DNA of 64,000 bases, from contig CBDBGH010000003.1 in assembly GCA_965205265.1 (NCBI GenBank), positions 4,000,001 to 4,064,000 on the forward strand. Direction: 5' to 3'. The notes under the pieces are model-generated. The model was not told where the DNA came from, did not search any database, and worked only from the letters and a program-made list of their open reading frames with translations. The translations under genes were made by a program, and so were the position numbers. Shown piece after piece: positions 1-9,365 of this stretch. This stretch comes from Alphaproteobacteria bacterium (GTDB lineage: Bacteria; Pseudomonadota; Alphaproteobacteria; Bin95). Every line of letters starts with the position of its first letter. Within the stretch, counting starts at the first letter, position 1.

Positions 1-341
1 GCCATGCGCTCACCGAACTGGAGGCCCGCACGGACCGGATCGCGATCCTGCGCGAGGGCCGCATGGTCGCCTGCGACGCGCTTGCCCGCCTGAGGGACCA
101 GGCGGGGCTGCCGGTCCGGCTCCGGGTCACGGCCAGGGGAGAGCGCGCCGCCGATCTCCAGGCGCGCATCGGCGGCGCGCGGCTGAACGGCGCCTCGGTC
201 GAAATCCTGTGCCCGCCCTCGGAGAAGATGGCGCGGCTTGCCGAGATCGCCGGCCTTGGCGGGCTGGTTGCGGACCTGGACGTCGCGCCGCCGAGCCTGG
301 AGGACATTTACCGGCATTATTCCGAGGGGGCGTCGCCATGA
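1..341 (+). CDS. nosF: ABC transporter ATP-binding protein NosF (5' partial)
   Basis: Reads HALTELEARTDRIAILREGR (ABC H-loop region) and ends PPSLEDIYRHY; directly upstream of nosY/nosL. Confidence 0.8.
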   Translation, partial: HALTELEARTDRIAILREGRMVACDALARLRDQAGLPVRLRVTARGERAADLQARIGGARLNGASVEILCPPSEKMARLAEIAGLGGLVADLDVAPPSLEDIYRHYSEGASP

Positions 342-1162
342 TCGCCCGCATGCTCGCCGTCGCCGGGGCGGAGTTCCGCATCGCGCGGCGCAACCGCTGG
401 GCGCTGACAGCGGCGGTGCTGATGCTGCTGTTTGCGCTGGCCCTCACATTCGCCGGCTCCGCGCCGACGGGCACGCTCGGCGTCGATCTGCTCACCGTGT
501 CGGTCGCCTCGATGACGACGCTGGCCGTCTATCTGACGCCGCTGCTGGCGCTGCTGCTTTCCTTCGATGCGGTTGCCGGCGAGCGCGAGCGGGGCAGCCT
601 CGCGCTGCTGCTGAGCTACCGCCTGACGCGGGGGGAACTGCTGGCCGGCAAGCTGGCGGCGCATCTGGCGGTGCTGGCGCTCGCCATGGCGGCGGGGTTC
701 GGCGCGGCCGGGCTCGCCGCGGCGGCGGCAGGCGGGGCGGGGCCCGAGAGCCTTGCCGCGCTCCTCCGGCTGATCGGCTCCTCGGTCCTTCTCGGTGCCA
801 CCTTCCTCGCCCTTGGCTATGCGGTCTCCGCCCTTGCCGGCAGCACGGCCGGCAGCGCCGGGATGGCGGTCGGGATCTGGCTGGTGCTGGTCGTGCTCTA
901 CGATCTGGGCCTGCTCGGCGCCGTGGTCGCGGACGATGGCGGCTTCTTCACAGAGGCGCTGTTCCCCTGGCTGCTCGCGCTCAACCCGGCCGATGCGTTC
1001 CGGCTCTGGAACGTGGCCGGTTCCGGGCAGGTCGCGCTGGCGAGCGGCATGACCGGGGCCGCCACCGCGCTGCCGGGCGGCGCGCCGCTCGCCTCGCTCC
1101 TGCTCTGGCCGGTCGCGGCGTTCGCGCTCGCCCGGCTGGCCATTTCGAGGACCGCGCCGTGA
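338..1162 (+). CDS. nosY: ABC permease NosY
   Basis: Multi-TM protein with FDAVAGERERGSLALLLSY motif; ATGA overlap with nosF. Confidence 0.88.
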   Translation: MIARMLAVAGAEFRIARRNRWALTAAVLMLLFALALTFAGSAPTGTLGVDLLTVSVASMTTLAVYLTPLLALLLSFDAVAGERERGSLALLLSYRLTRGELLAGKLAAHLAVLALAMAAGFGAAGLAAAAAGGAGPESLAALLRLIGSSVLLGATFLALGYAVSALAGSTAGSAGMAVGIWLVLVVLYDLGLLGAVVADDGGFFTEALFPWLLALNPADAFRLWNVAGSGQVALASGMTGAATALPGGAPLASLLLWPVAAFALARLAISRTAP

Positions 1163-1671
1163 AGCGCCTGGCGCTCGTCCTCTTGCTTCTCGCAGGCTGC
1201 GGCGAGGAGGAAGCCGCCTTGCCGGGTCCCGTGCGCCTGACGGCCGAGGCGGTCGGCCACTATTGCATGATGACGGTCCTCGACCATGAGGGGCCGAAGG
1301 CCCAGATCCATCTCGAGGGCATTCCCGAGCCGATCTTCTTCACGCAGGTCCGAGACGCGCTCGCCTATGCAAAAGGCCCGGAACGGAGCGCGGAGCTGCG
1401 CGCCATCTATGTGTCCGACATGGGCGCGGCGCCGAGCTGGGCCGAGCCCGGCCCGGACAACTGGGTCCTGGCGCAAGGCGCCAGCTTCGTGGTCGGCGGC
1501 GATGTCCGGGGCGGCATGGGCGCGCCGGAGATCGTGCCCTTCTCCTCGGCCGAGGCCGCCGCCCGCTTCGCCGCCCGGCATGGCGGCGCGGTGCGCGCCT
1601 TCGCCGACATACCGGACAGCGCCGTTCTGGGGCCTGTCGAGGTCGAGCTTGCCGAGGAAGGCCGGCAATGA
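1159..1671 (+). CDS. nosL: Copper chaperone lipoprotein NosL
   Basis: GTG start, lipobox LAGC, GHYCMM, IYVSDM and GGMGAPEIVPF motifs. Confidence 0.9.
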   Translation: MKRLALVLLLLAGCGEEEAALPGPVRLTAEAVGHYCMMTVLDHEGPKAQIHLEGIPEPIFFTQVRDALAYAKGPERSAELRAIYVSDMGAAPSWAEPGPDNWVLAQGASFVVGGDVRGGMGAPEIVPFSSAEAAARFAARHGGAVRAFADIPDSAVLGPVEVELAEEGRQ

Positions 1672-2597
1672 AGATCACCCGCCGCCGTTTCCTGGCCGTT
1701 TCGGCTGCCGCCGGCCTCGCCTGGCACGCGCCCGTGCGGGCCGGGTCGTTCCGCTGGCAGGGCGTCGCGCTGGGAGCCCCGGCCTCGATTACGCTCGCTG
1801 GACTGGACCGCGCGGCGGCTGCCGGACTCGCCGGGCGGGTCGAGGCCGAGATTGCGCGGCTGGAAGGGATTTTCAGCCTCTACCGCGCCGATTCCGAACT
1901 CAGCCGGCTGAACCGCGCCGGGCGGCTCGAACACTCTTCGCACGAGATGCTGGAACTGCTCGACCTTGCGCGGCTCGTGAACGAGACCACCGGCGGCGCG
2001 TTCGACCCGACGGTGCAGCCTTTCTGGCGGCTGCACGCACAGGCGGCCGCCGAAAACCGGGCGCCGACGAGCGCCGAAATGCGCGCCGCGCTGTACGCCT
2101 CGGGCTGGCGCCATGTGCAGGTCGGGGCCGGCCTCATCCGCTTCGGCCGGCCCGGCATGGCGCTGACCCTGAACGGAATCGCGCAAGGCTATATCGCCGA
2201 CCGCGTGGCCGGCCTGCTGCGCGCCCGCGGGCTGGTCGATGTGCTGGTCGATACCGGCGAGATAAAGGCGCTCGGCAGGCGCGCGGACGGGACGCCCTGG
2301 CGCGCGGGAATCGTCCTGCCCGACGGAACGCCCGTCGCGCGCAGGACGCTGTCCGGGCGCGCGCTCGCCACCTCCGCCCCGCTCGCAACGCTTCTGGACG
2401 CCGCGAGGGGCGCGGGCCACATTCTCGATCCCCGGACCGGGGAGCCGGCCGCGCGCTGGCGCCTTGCATCGGTATCCGCGCCCCGCGCCGCGCTCGCGGA
2501 TGCGCTCTCGACCGCGTTCTGCCTCATGGACCGCCCCACCATCGACCGCGCGCTGGCGCAGCACCGCGACGCAACTCTGGAGGCTCTCGTCTCCTGA
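1668..2597 (+). CDS. nosX: FAD:protein FMN transferase NosX (ApbE family)
   Basis: Tat signal TRRRFL, GAFDPTVQP, TLNGIAQGY, HILDPRTG, ADALSTA. Confidence 0.9.
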   Translation: MKITRRRFLAVSAAAGLAWHAPVRAGSFRWQGVALGAPASITLAGLDRAAAAGLAGRVEAEIARLEGIFSLYRADSELSRLNRAGRLEHSSHEMLELLDLARLVNETTGGAFDPTVQPFWRLHAQAAAENRAPTSAEMRAALYASGWRHVQVGAGLIRFGRPGMALTLNGIAQGYIADRVAGLLRARGLVDVLVDTGEIKALGRRADGTPWRAGIVLPDGTPVARRTLSGRALATSAPLATLLDAARGAGHILDPRTGEPAARWRLASVSAPRAALADALSTAFCLMDRPTIDRALAQHRDATLEALVS

Positions 2598-2621
2598 ACC
2601 CGCCCGAAGGAGGACGAAACG

Positions 2622-3002
2622 ATGAAGATCGCCGGACTACTGATCGTCGCGCTCGGCCTGGGCCTTGCCGGCCCCGCCCTTGCCGATGGCGACCCCGTCA
2701 AGGGCAAGAAGGTCTTCCGCAAGTGCAAGGCCTGCCACACCGTCGGCGACAAGGCCAAGAACAAGATCGGCCCCATCCTGAACGGGATCATCGACAACGA
2801 GATCGCCTCCGTGGAAGGCTTCAAATATTCCAAGGCCTTCCTGGCGAAGAAGGAAGAAGGGTTCGTGTGGACCGTCGAGGTGCTCGATACCTACCTGGCC
2901 AAGCCGAGGAAGCTCATCAAGGGCAGCAAGATGAGCTTTGCGGGCCTGCGCAAGGAGAAGGACCGGGCGGACGTGATCGCCTACCTGCAAACCTTCGAAT
3001 AG
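2622..3002 (+). CDS. Class I cytochrome c (c2/c550-like)
   Basis: Signal peptide, CKACH heme motif, GPILNG, KMSFAGL; RBS GAAGGAGG. Confidence 0.92.
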   Translation: MKIAGLLIVALGLGLAGPALADGDPVKGKKVFRKCKACHTVGDKAKNKIGPILNGIIDNEIASVEGFKYSKAFLAKKEEGFVWTVEVLDTYLAKPRKLIKGSKMSFAGLRKEKDRADVIAYLQTFE

Positions 3003-3018
3003 GCCGGGCGTTCCGGGG

Positions 3019-5028
3019 TCAGCCTTTCCGGCCGGCCTTGTCCATCGCTTCCAGAACGGCGCCGTCCGTCAGCAGTTCCGGCAGCGCGATGCCGGCGGGC
3101 GCGCCCGGGCCGTAAACCGCGTTGAAGGGGATGCCGTAGCGGGCGAAGCGGGCGAGATAGGCCGAGATCGCCGGGTCGGGCCGGGTCCAGTCGGCGCGCA
3201 TCGCCACCACGCCGCCGGCCAGCCGGTCCGCGACCGGGCCCCGTTCCAGCACTGCCGCCTTGTTGAACCTGCAGGTGATGCACCAGTCGGCGGTCACATC
3301 GACGAAGACCGTGCGCCCCTCCGACACCAGCGGCCCGATCCGCGCTTCGTCGAACGCCTGCCAGCGGCCTTCGGGCACCGCCCGCTCCATCGCCGCCGGC
3401 AGGGCGATCACCGCCGCGAGGCCCGCCGCTGCCGCCGCCATGGCCCCGGCCCCGAGAAGGCGGGTGCGGCGCCGCGCCCATGCCGCCAGGAGCGCCGCCG
3501 GCAAGGCCGCCGCCAGGAGCGCCCCCAGGCCGGCCGCCCAGCCGAGCTGCGCGGCGAGCACCGTCAGCAGCCATACTGCCGTGCCCGCCAGCGCCAGGCC
3601 CAGGAGGAAGCGCAGCCGCGCCATCCAGCGGCCGGGCTTCGGCAGCGCCGCCGCCAGGCCCGGAAAGGCCGCGACGCCGAGATAGGGCAGCGCCAGGCCG
3701 AGGCCGAGCGCCGTGAAGATGAGCGCGATCTCCTGAGGCCCCCGCGTCAGCGCGAAGCCGACCGCCGTGCCGACGAAGGGGGCGGAGCAGGGCGTCGCCA
3801 GCAGGGTTGCGAACATGCCGGTGAGGAACGGGCCGCCGCGCAGTCCGCCCGCGAAGCGCGGCGCCGGAATCTCGAAGGCGCCCCAGAGATTGGCCGCGAA
3901 CAGCAGCAGCAGGAACAGCATCGCCGCCAGGAAGACCGGCTGCTGGAACTGGACGCCCCAACCAACCGCCATGCCGGCCTCCGCCGCCGCAACCGCCGCG
4001 CCGGCCAGCAGCCAGAACGAAAACACGATGCCCGCGGCGACGGCCAGGAACTCCGCCCGCGCCCGGCCCCGTCCGGCCCCGCCAAGCCCCGCGAAATGCA
4101 TGAGCTTGATACCGAGCACCGGCAGCACGCAGGGCATGAGGTTGAGGATGACACCGCCGGCCAGCGCGAGCGCCAGGATTATGGCGAGGCCGTATGAGGC
4201 CCGCGCGCCCGCCGGCGCCACATGAAGGCGCTGTTCCAGGGCTCCGCCGCCGCCGGTGACGGTCGCCACCAGCTCGCGGCCGAGCAGCGCTTCCGGTCCG
4301 CCCTTCGCCCAGGCCACCGGCACCGCCAGACCGCCTGCAACGGGTGTCGGCCGGCCGAAGGCGGCGAAGCCTTCCGCCTCGATGAAGATGTCCTCCGCCG
4401 CCATGCCGGGCAGCGCGACATGGAGGACCGCTCCCTCGCCGTCGCCGGCAAGCTCCGCCCGGCCTGCGGCCGGCTCCGGCCGCGGCGCGCGGCCGCGCCA
4501 GCGGTCTATGGCGAAGGCCTCCGCCGAGGGCCGGGCCGGGCCGGCGGGCAGGGCGAGCGCCAGATCCGCGCTTTGCGGCACGCAGATGTCGGAACAGGTG
4601 AGATAGTCCACCCGGAGCGCGACCCGCACCGGCTCGCCGGGCCGGGGGACCTGCACGTCCATCGGCAGCAACAGGCCGTCCTCATAGCCGACGCTGTCTA
4701 TGCCGAGAACGGTGAAGCGCGCCGGCGCCGGCCAGTAGAGGCCGGCCTCGCCCAGATTGCTGCTCCCGGTCCAGTCGAGCGCCGGCGGCAGGCCTCCCTC
4801 TCCGGGGCTGCGCCAATAGGTCTTCCATCCGGGCGCGAGCTCGAATTCGAGCCCGAGGCGCAGCCGGTCGAGACCGCCCACCGCCTCGCTCGCCGACACG
4901 AGCCGCACCGCGGCTTCCGGCGTGCGCGCCCAGGGCGAGGCGGCCGCGCGCGCCTCTCCGGCGACCGCCAGCACCGCCAGGGCCAGGGCGAGGAATCCGA
5001 GCGCCCGCCCGGCTGCCGTCATGCCCAT
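3019..5028 (-). CDS. Protein-disulfide reductase DsbD family protein
   Basis: GWKTYWRSPG N-domain, LNLMPCVLP and TPCSAPF membrane cysteines, C-terminal WCITC thioredoxin domain. Confidence 0.88.
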   Translation of the reverse strand: MGMTAAGRALGFLALALAVLAVAGEARAAASPWARTPEAAVRLVSASEAVGGLDRLRLGLEFELAPGWKTYWRSPGEGGLPPALDWTGSSNLGEAGLYWPAPARFTVLGIDSVGYEDGLLLPMDVQVPRPGEPVRVALRVDYLTCSDICVPQSADLALALPAGPARPSAEAFAIDRWRGRAPRPEPAAGRAELAGDGEGAVLHVALPGMAAEDIFIEAEGFAAFGRPTPVAGGLAVPVAWAKGGPEALLGRELVATVTGGGGALEQRLHVAPAGARASYGLAIILALALAGGVILNLMPCVLPVLGIKLMHFAGLGGAGRGRARAEFLAVAAGIVFSFWLLAGAAVAAAEAGMAVGWGVQFQQPVFLAAMLFLLLLFAANLWGAFEIPAPRFAGGLRGGPFLTGMFATLLATPCSAPFVGTAVGFALTRGPQEIALIFTALGLGLALPYLGVAAFPGLAAALPKPGRWMARLRFLLGLALAGTAVWLLTVLAAQLGWAAGLGALLAAALPAALLAAWARRRTRLLGAGAMAAAAAGLAAVIALPAAMERAVPEGRWQAFDEARIGPLVSEGRTVFVDVTADWCITCRFNKAAVLERGPVADRLAGGVVAMRADWTRPDPAISAYLARFARYGIPFNAVYGPGAPAGIALPELLTDGAVLEAMDKAGRKG

Positions 5029-5071
5029 GTCGCCGCTCCGTTCGCCGCCTGTCATCCGCGCACCGTCCGCC

Positions 5072-5099
5072 TTCACACCCGCCCGTGCTGTGCTACACT
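5072..5099 (+). promoter_or_regulatory. Putative sigma70 promoter for a leaderless yqgE transcript
   Basis: TTCACA-16 nt-TACACT with extended TG; ATG 7 nt downstream, no obvious RBS. Confidence 0.4.
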
Positions 5100-5106
5100 C
5101 GAAGCC

Positions 5107-5676
5107 ATGACGCAAGACCGCCCCGGGGAAGGCTGGCTGACCGGCCAGTTCCTGATCGCCATGCCCAGCATGAGCGACCCGCGCTTCGAGCGCACGGTGA
5201 TCTATATGTGCGCCCACGGCGAGGAGGGCGCAATGGGCCTCGTCATCAACAAATCGTTAGAATCGCTCTCCTTCACGGACCTGATGGAGCAGCTGGGCGT
5301 GGAGGACAGCGAGGCCGACATGTCCATCCTCTCGGGCGGGCCGGTGGAGACCGGGCGCGGCTTCGTGCTCCATTCCTCCGATTACGACCGGGACGGCTCG
5401 CTTGCCGTCTCGGACGATATCCGGCTGACCGCGACGATCGACGTGCTGAAGGCCATCGCCGTCGGCGACGGCCCGCAGAAGCGCCTGCTGGCGCTCGGCT
5501 ATGCCGGCTGGGCGCCGGGGCAGCTGGAGGGCGAGATCCAGGACAACGGCTGGCTGACGGCCCCGGCCGACGACGCCATCCTGTTCGACGACGCGCTCGA
5601 GTCCAAATGGTCGCGCGCCATCGCCAAGCTCGGCGTGGACGCCTCCATGCTCTCCTCCTTCGCCGGCCGCGCCTGA
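5107..5676 (+). CDS. YqgE/AlgH family protein
   Basis: LIAMPSMSDPRFERTVIY, GGPVETGRGFVLH, LGYAGWAPGQLEGE. Confidence 0.93.
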   Translation: MTQDRPGEGWLTGQFLIAMPSMSDPRFERTVIYMCAHGEEGAMGLVINKSLESLSFTDLMEQLGVEDSEADMSILSGGPVETGRGFVLHSSDYDRDGSLAVSDDIRLTATIDVLKAIAVGDGPQKRLLALGYAGWAPGQLEGEIQDNGWLTAPADDAILFDDALESKWSRAIAKLGVDASMLSSFAGRA

Positions 5677-5760
5677 TGCCGGCTCCCGCGGAGGGCTGAC
5701 GGCCCGCTGACGCCTGAGCGCGTCCGCCGGTCCGGAAGCCGAGGGGAGCGCGCCGCTCTC

Positions 5761-6993
5761 ATGCCCGACAGTTCCTCTTCCAGCGTCGAGGTGCGCTATG
5801 GCTGGGTGGTCGTCTGGGCGTCGCTCGTCCTGAACGCCATCGCGCTCGGCGCGCCGACATTCCTGTTCGTAGCGCTCAAGCCCATCGCCGCCGATCTCGG
5901 CGGCGAACGCTGGGTGCCCTCCTTCGCCTATTCGGTGCTGATGGTCGGCACCGGCATCGGCGGCGTCGCCATGGGCTGGTGGATGGACAGGCGCGGCATC
6001 CTCCAGCCGATCCTGTTCGGCTCCGTGATGATCTGCCTGGGCAGCGTCGTGGCGAGTCAGTCGGAGGGCCGGTGGGGGCTCTGGGTCGCCAACGGCCTCT
6101 TGATCGGCCTGCTCGGCAAGGCGGCGATGATCGCGCCGCTGGTCGCGAACGCGACCCGCTGGTTCGACCGGCGGCGCGGGCTCGCCATCGCCATCATCGC
6201 ATCGGGGCAGGGTCTGGCCGGCGCCGTCTGGCCGATGGTCTTCGGCCATCTGGAGCGCGCCGTCGGCTGGCGGGAAACCTATCTCTACTACGCCGTCTTC
6301 GCGGCGCTGACGATGCTGCCGCTTTGCTGGCTGATCCGCCCGAAGCCGCCGGCCCCGCCGCCGGGGCCGGTCCGCCTGGCGGCGTCGCGCGGCGGCAAGG
6401 TGCTCGACTGGCCGCCGGAACTGGTGCAGGGCGCGATGTGGCTCGCCGTGATCGGCTGCTGCGGGGCGATGGCCATGCCCATCGTCCATCTGGCGTCGCA
6501 CGCCTCCGACCTCGGCCATGCGGAGGAGCGCGGGGCGGAATTGCTGTCGGTGCTGATGGTGGCGGGCTTCTTCAGCCGGATCGCCTTCGGCATGCTGTCG
6601 GACCGCATCGGCGCGGCGCCGACCCTGCTGATCGGCTCCGTGTGCCAGCTTGTCATGATGATCGTGTTCGCGATGGTCGAGAGCCTGACGGGGCTTTACG
6701 TCGCCGCGCTCCTGTTCGGCCTCGGCTTCGCCGGCATCATGCCCTGCTACCCGCTGCTGCTCAGGCTCTGGTTCCCGGTCTCGGAGATCGGCTGGCGGGT
6801 CGGCGCGCAATACATGTTCGCGGGCGCCGGCATGGCCATCGGCGGCACGCTCGCCGGCTACATATTCGATGTGACCGGCTCCTATGCGCCGGCTTTCCTC
6901 TCGGGCGTCGCCTTCAACGCGATGAATTTCATGCTGATCGCCATGCTCCACCTCCGCTCCCGCAGCCTCGGCCTCAGCCCGCGGGCGGTTTGA
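5761..6993 (+). CDS. MFS transporter (monocarboxylate/OFA-like)
   Basis: About 12 TM segments; RYGWVVV, WFDRRRGLA, GMLSDRIG. Confidence 0.88.
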   Translation: MPDSSSSSVEVRYGWVVVWASLVLNAIALGAPTFLFVALKPIAADLGGERWVPSFAYSVLMVGTGIGGVAMGWWMDRRGILQPILFGSVMICLGSVVASQSEGRWGLWVANGLLIGLLGKAAMIAPLVANATRWFDRRRGLAIAIIASGQGLAGAVWPMVFGHLERAVGWRETYLYYAVFAALTMLPLCWLIRPKPPAPPPGPVRLAASRGGKVLDWPPELVQGAMWLAVIGCCGAMAMPIVHLASHASDLGHAEERGAELLSVLMVAGFFSRIAFGMLSDRIGAAPTLLIGSVCQLVMMIVFAMVESLTGLYVAALLFGLGFAGIMPCYPLLLRLWFPVSEIGWRVGAQYMFAGAGMAIGGTLAGYIFDVTGSYAPAFLSGVAFNAMNFMLIAMLHLRSRSLGLSPRAV

Positions 6994-7008
6994 GGAGGCG
7001 CCGCGCCG

Positions 7009-7761
7009 TCAGTCCTCCGCGAGCACCTCGGCGAGGCGGCCGAGCGCGTTGAGGGCGGGCGGGAAGCCGGCATAGGGCGCGGTCTGGGCGATGGCGGCGG
7101 CGATCTCGGCCGGCGCCAGGCCCATGGCGCGCGCGGAAGCGGCGAATTTCGCCAGCGTGTCGTGCAGGCCGAGCACCGCCATGCTCGCCAGCGCCACGAT
7201 CATGCGCCGGCGGTGCGAGAGGCCGGGCCTGTGCCATATGACTCCGTAGCCGTATTGGATCGCGATGCGGTAGAGGCCGGCCGAGCCCGCATTGCCGGGC
7301 GCCGCATAGCCGGTTTCGGCGCGCTCGCCGTGCAGTTCGTGCATCGTCGCACGCCCGTCCGCCTCCAGCGCCGCCAGGTCGCGCGCGTCTTCCTCCTCAC
7401 GGTCCGGGTAGCCCAGCTGGGCGTTCAGCGTGTTCAGCGCATGCGCCGCCATCGGCAGCCCGCCGTAAAGCCCGCACTGCACGAAGATCTCGCGGATTTC
7501 GCGCGCCTCCAGCCCGGCCTTCACCGCCGGGCGGATGTGGGTTGCGATATCGCCCTGCCGGTCCTTCTGGGCGAGCGCGGAGAGCACCGCCACCATGCGA
7601 TCGGCCGGCGGCAGCGCCGGGTCCGCCAGCAGCGAGCCGAAGCCCGCCTCCAGCGCAAAGGCGTCCAGCCCCGGCGCGCCCTTCGGCACCGGCAGCCCGA
7701 ATTCTTTCGCAAGCCGCGCCCCGGCCTCGCGCAGTTCCGTGCGGTCGTTCGGCTCGGTCAT
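7009..7761 (-). CDS. Tandem carboxymuconolactone decarboxylase (CMD/AhpD) family protein
   Basis: Two CMD repeats (EIREIFVQCGLYGGLP; EIAAAIAQTAPYAGFP); RBS GGAGGAG. Confidence 0.82.
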   Translation of the reverse strand: MTEPNDRTELREAGARLAKEFGLPVPKGAPGLDAFALEAGFGSLLADPALPPADRMVAVLSALAQKDRQGDIATHIRPAVKAGLEAREIREIFVQCGLYGGLPMAAHALNTLNAQLGYPDREEEDARDLAALEADGRATMHELHGERAETGYAAPGNAGSAGLYRIAIQYGYGVIWHRPGLSHRRRMIVALASMAVLGLHDTLAKFAASARAMGLAPAEIAAAIAQTAPYAGFPPALNALGRLAEVLAED

Positions 7762-7952
7762 GGCGGTATCTCCTCCGGGCGCTGCGGGCGGGTTATTCCG
7801 TCGGCGCTCTCTGCGGCTCGTCGGAAGGCGCATTGCGGCCTGATATGCTATCCCGGACGAACGTCACCCGGCTCTGAAGCCCGGCCAGACCGTCGGCCTC
7901 CGCCGACCGTCCAGCCCTTCGGTCCGCCCGCGAAGGCCCGAGCGTATGTCGT

Positions 7953-8144
7953 TCACCTTGAGCGCAGCCGATTTTCGATGCGGTTTATCTCGGAGCGCAA
8001 CCTGTTTTCGGTGGCCCGCATCTCGGAACGCAACCGTTCCTCCGTGCGGCGAATGTCCGAGCGCCACTTGTCCTCCACGAAAAGCCAGACGAACAGCCCA
8101 ACGAGCACAGCGGGCGTGATCCAAGGGGCGAGGTCTTCCATCAT
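7953..8144 (-). CDS. Small TM + coiled-coil protein with 11-aa repeats, probably frameshifted at the 3' end
   Basis: Hydrophobic N-terminus then RSDIRRTEERL/RSEMRATENRL/RSEINRIENRL; TGCTATACT -10 box just upstream. Confidence 0.6.
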   Translation of the reverse strand: MMEDLAPWITPAVLVGLFVWLFVEDKWRSDIRRTEERLRSEMRATENRLRSEINRIENRLRSR

Positions 8145-8196
8145 GGCAACTCAAGTATAGCACGGCGCTGCCCGCCGCAATCCCGCCGAAGGCGGC

Positions 8197-8424
8197 TTAT
8201 TCCGCCGGTGTCTCTACCGATCCGTCCGGGGCGTTGCGGCCCAGGATATAGTTTCCGATGAACCCCAGCTTGCCCTCCATTCGCGTCTGGCCCTTTTCGA
8301 CGGCGATCAGGCGGTCTTCGACCCGGTCCATGCGCTTGTCGGTCCGCTGCTGCCCGGCCAGCATCAGCCCGGCCAGAGCGACTCCGACGCCGAGGACTGC
8401 AACCAGTTCGGAACTGATATCCAT
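8197..8424 (-). CDS. Small TM + coiled-coil hypothetical protein
   Basis: MDISSELVAVLGVGVALAGLML followed by RMDRVEDRLIAVEKGQTRMEGKL. Confidence 0.65.
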   Translation of the reverse strand: MDISSELVAVLGVGVALAGLMLAGQQRTDKRMDRVEDRLIAVEKGQTRMEGKLGFIGNYILGRNAPDGSVETPAE

Positions 8425-9153
8425 GCCCGTTCCCCAAAGCGGCCCCGCACCGGGACCGGAACGCGATGCGGCTCGACGGTAGCAGGACCGCCATTCGCCG
8501 TCATCCGTTCCCCGGCGGGCTGCTGGATTGTACATCCGTCTCCCGTGGCTTGCACAGCATGTCGCCGATCCGCCGCCCCTGCCCCAACCGAGTCCGACCT
8601 CGGCTTTCGCAGCGACGACGACAGGGAAGCTGGAGTGCGAAACCGACAATGTTCGCTATATTTGAAATATTTCTCTTTTCTGCTTGACATCGATCCCGTT
8701 CACCTCCAGATAGAGCGGCGGCAGGCGCCATCAGGAGGCCGCCTGCTGCCGCGCCGGCGAGTAAAGACCCCCTCGGAGTGGACGGGAGATGTGCGCCCCG
8801 CGTCCGGCTCGCGCGCGGGGGCGCGCCCGGGCAATCAGGCGCGCAAACCGCGCCGGCGCGAAACGCCCGCCCGCGGGTACTGGCGCGGGCGGGCGCGATA
8901 CGCGCGAATCAGGGTCCCGCCGCCGGCAGGCGGGTGGAACGAAACGGGAGCGGAAAGGAGAAACGCCATGCCCCGAACCCGGAGAGGAACCGGAAGCCGG
9001 GCCGGAACCGACGGCGCTATGCCCGGAACGGCCGCAGCGCATGACTGCACGGCATGGAAAACATGACATCCCATGAGGGGCTTATATGGATAGGTTGACA
9101 ACAGGTTTGGGAGGCTTCGCGCCTTCTCTCCGGCGTCCAACCCGCCCCCATAT

Positions 9154-9241
9154 CGTCATACCCGGACTTGTTCCGGGTATCCATGCGGCCGTCCGGCGGA
9201 AGCGGTGGAAGGAGATACCCGGAACAAGTCCGGGTATGACG
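9154..9241. repeat. CGTC-type REP dimer
   Basis: Perfect 28-bp inverted repeat CGTCATACCCGGACTTGTTCCGGGTATC (9154-9181 / 9214-9241), each arm itself a hairpin. Confidence 0.85.
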
Positions 9242-9365
9242 GAGGGGACGTGACGGAGGGGACGTTGAGGTATGACGGAAGAAATGTCGTCGGTCTCCCC
9301 CGTCAACCTATCTTTGTAATCTCCAACATGACATATCCGCTGCCTCTCCCGCGCCCCGCGCCCGC

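Noticed and set aside
8545-9076. ORFs in the intergenic region, one containing GARPGNQARK (weakly like phage GAPxGNxNA motifs)
   Set aside because: Low-complexity sequence, no clear RBS or start, and the motif is too short to support a gene call.
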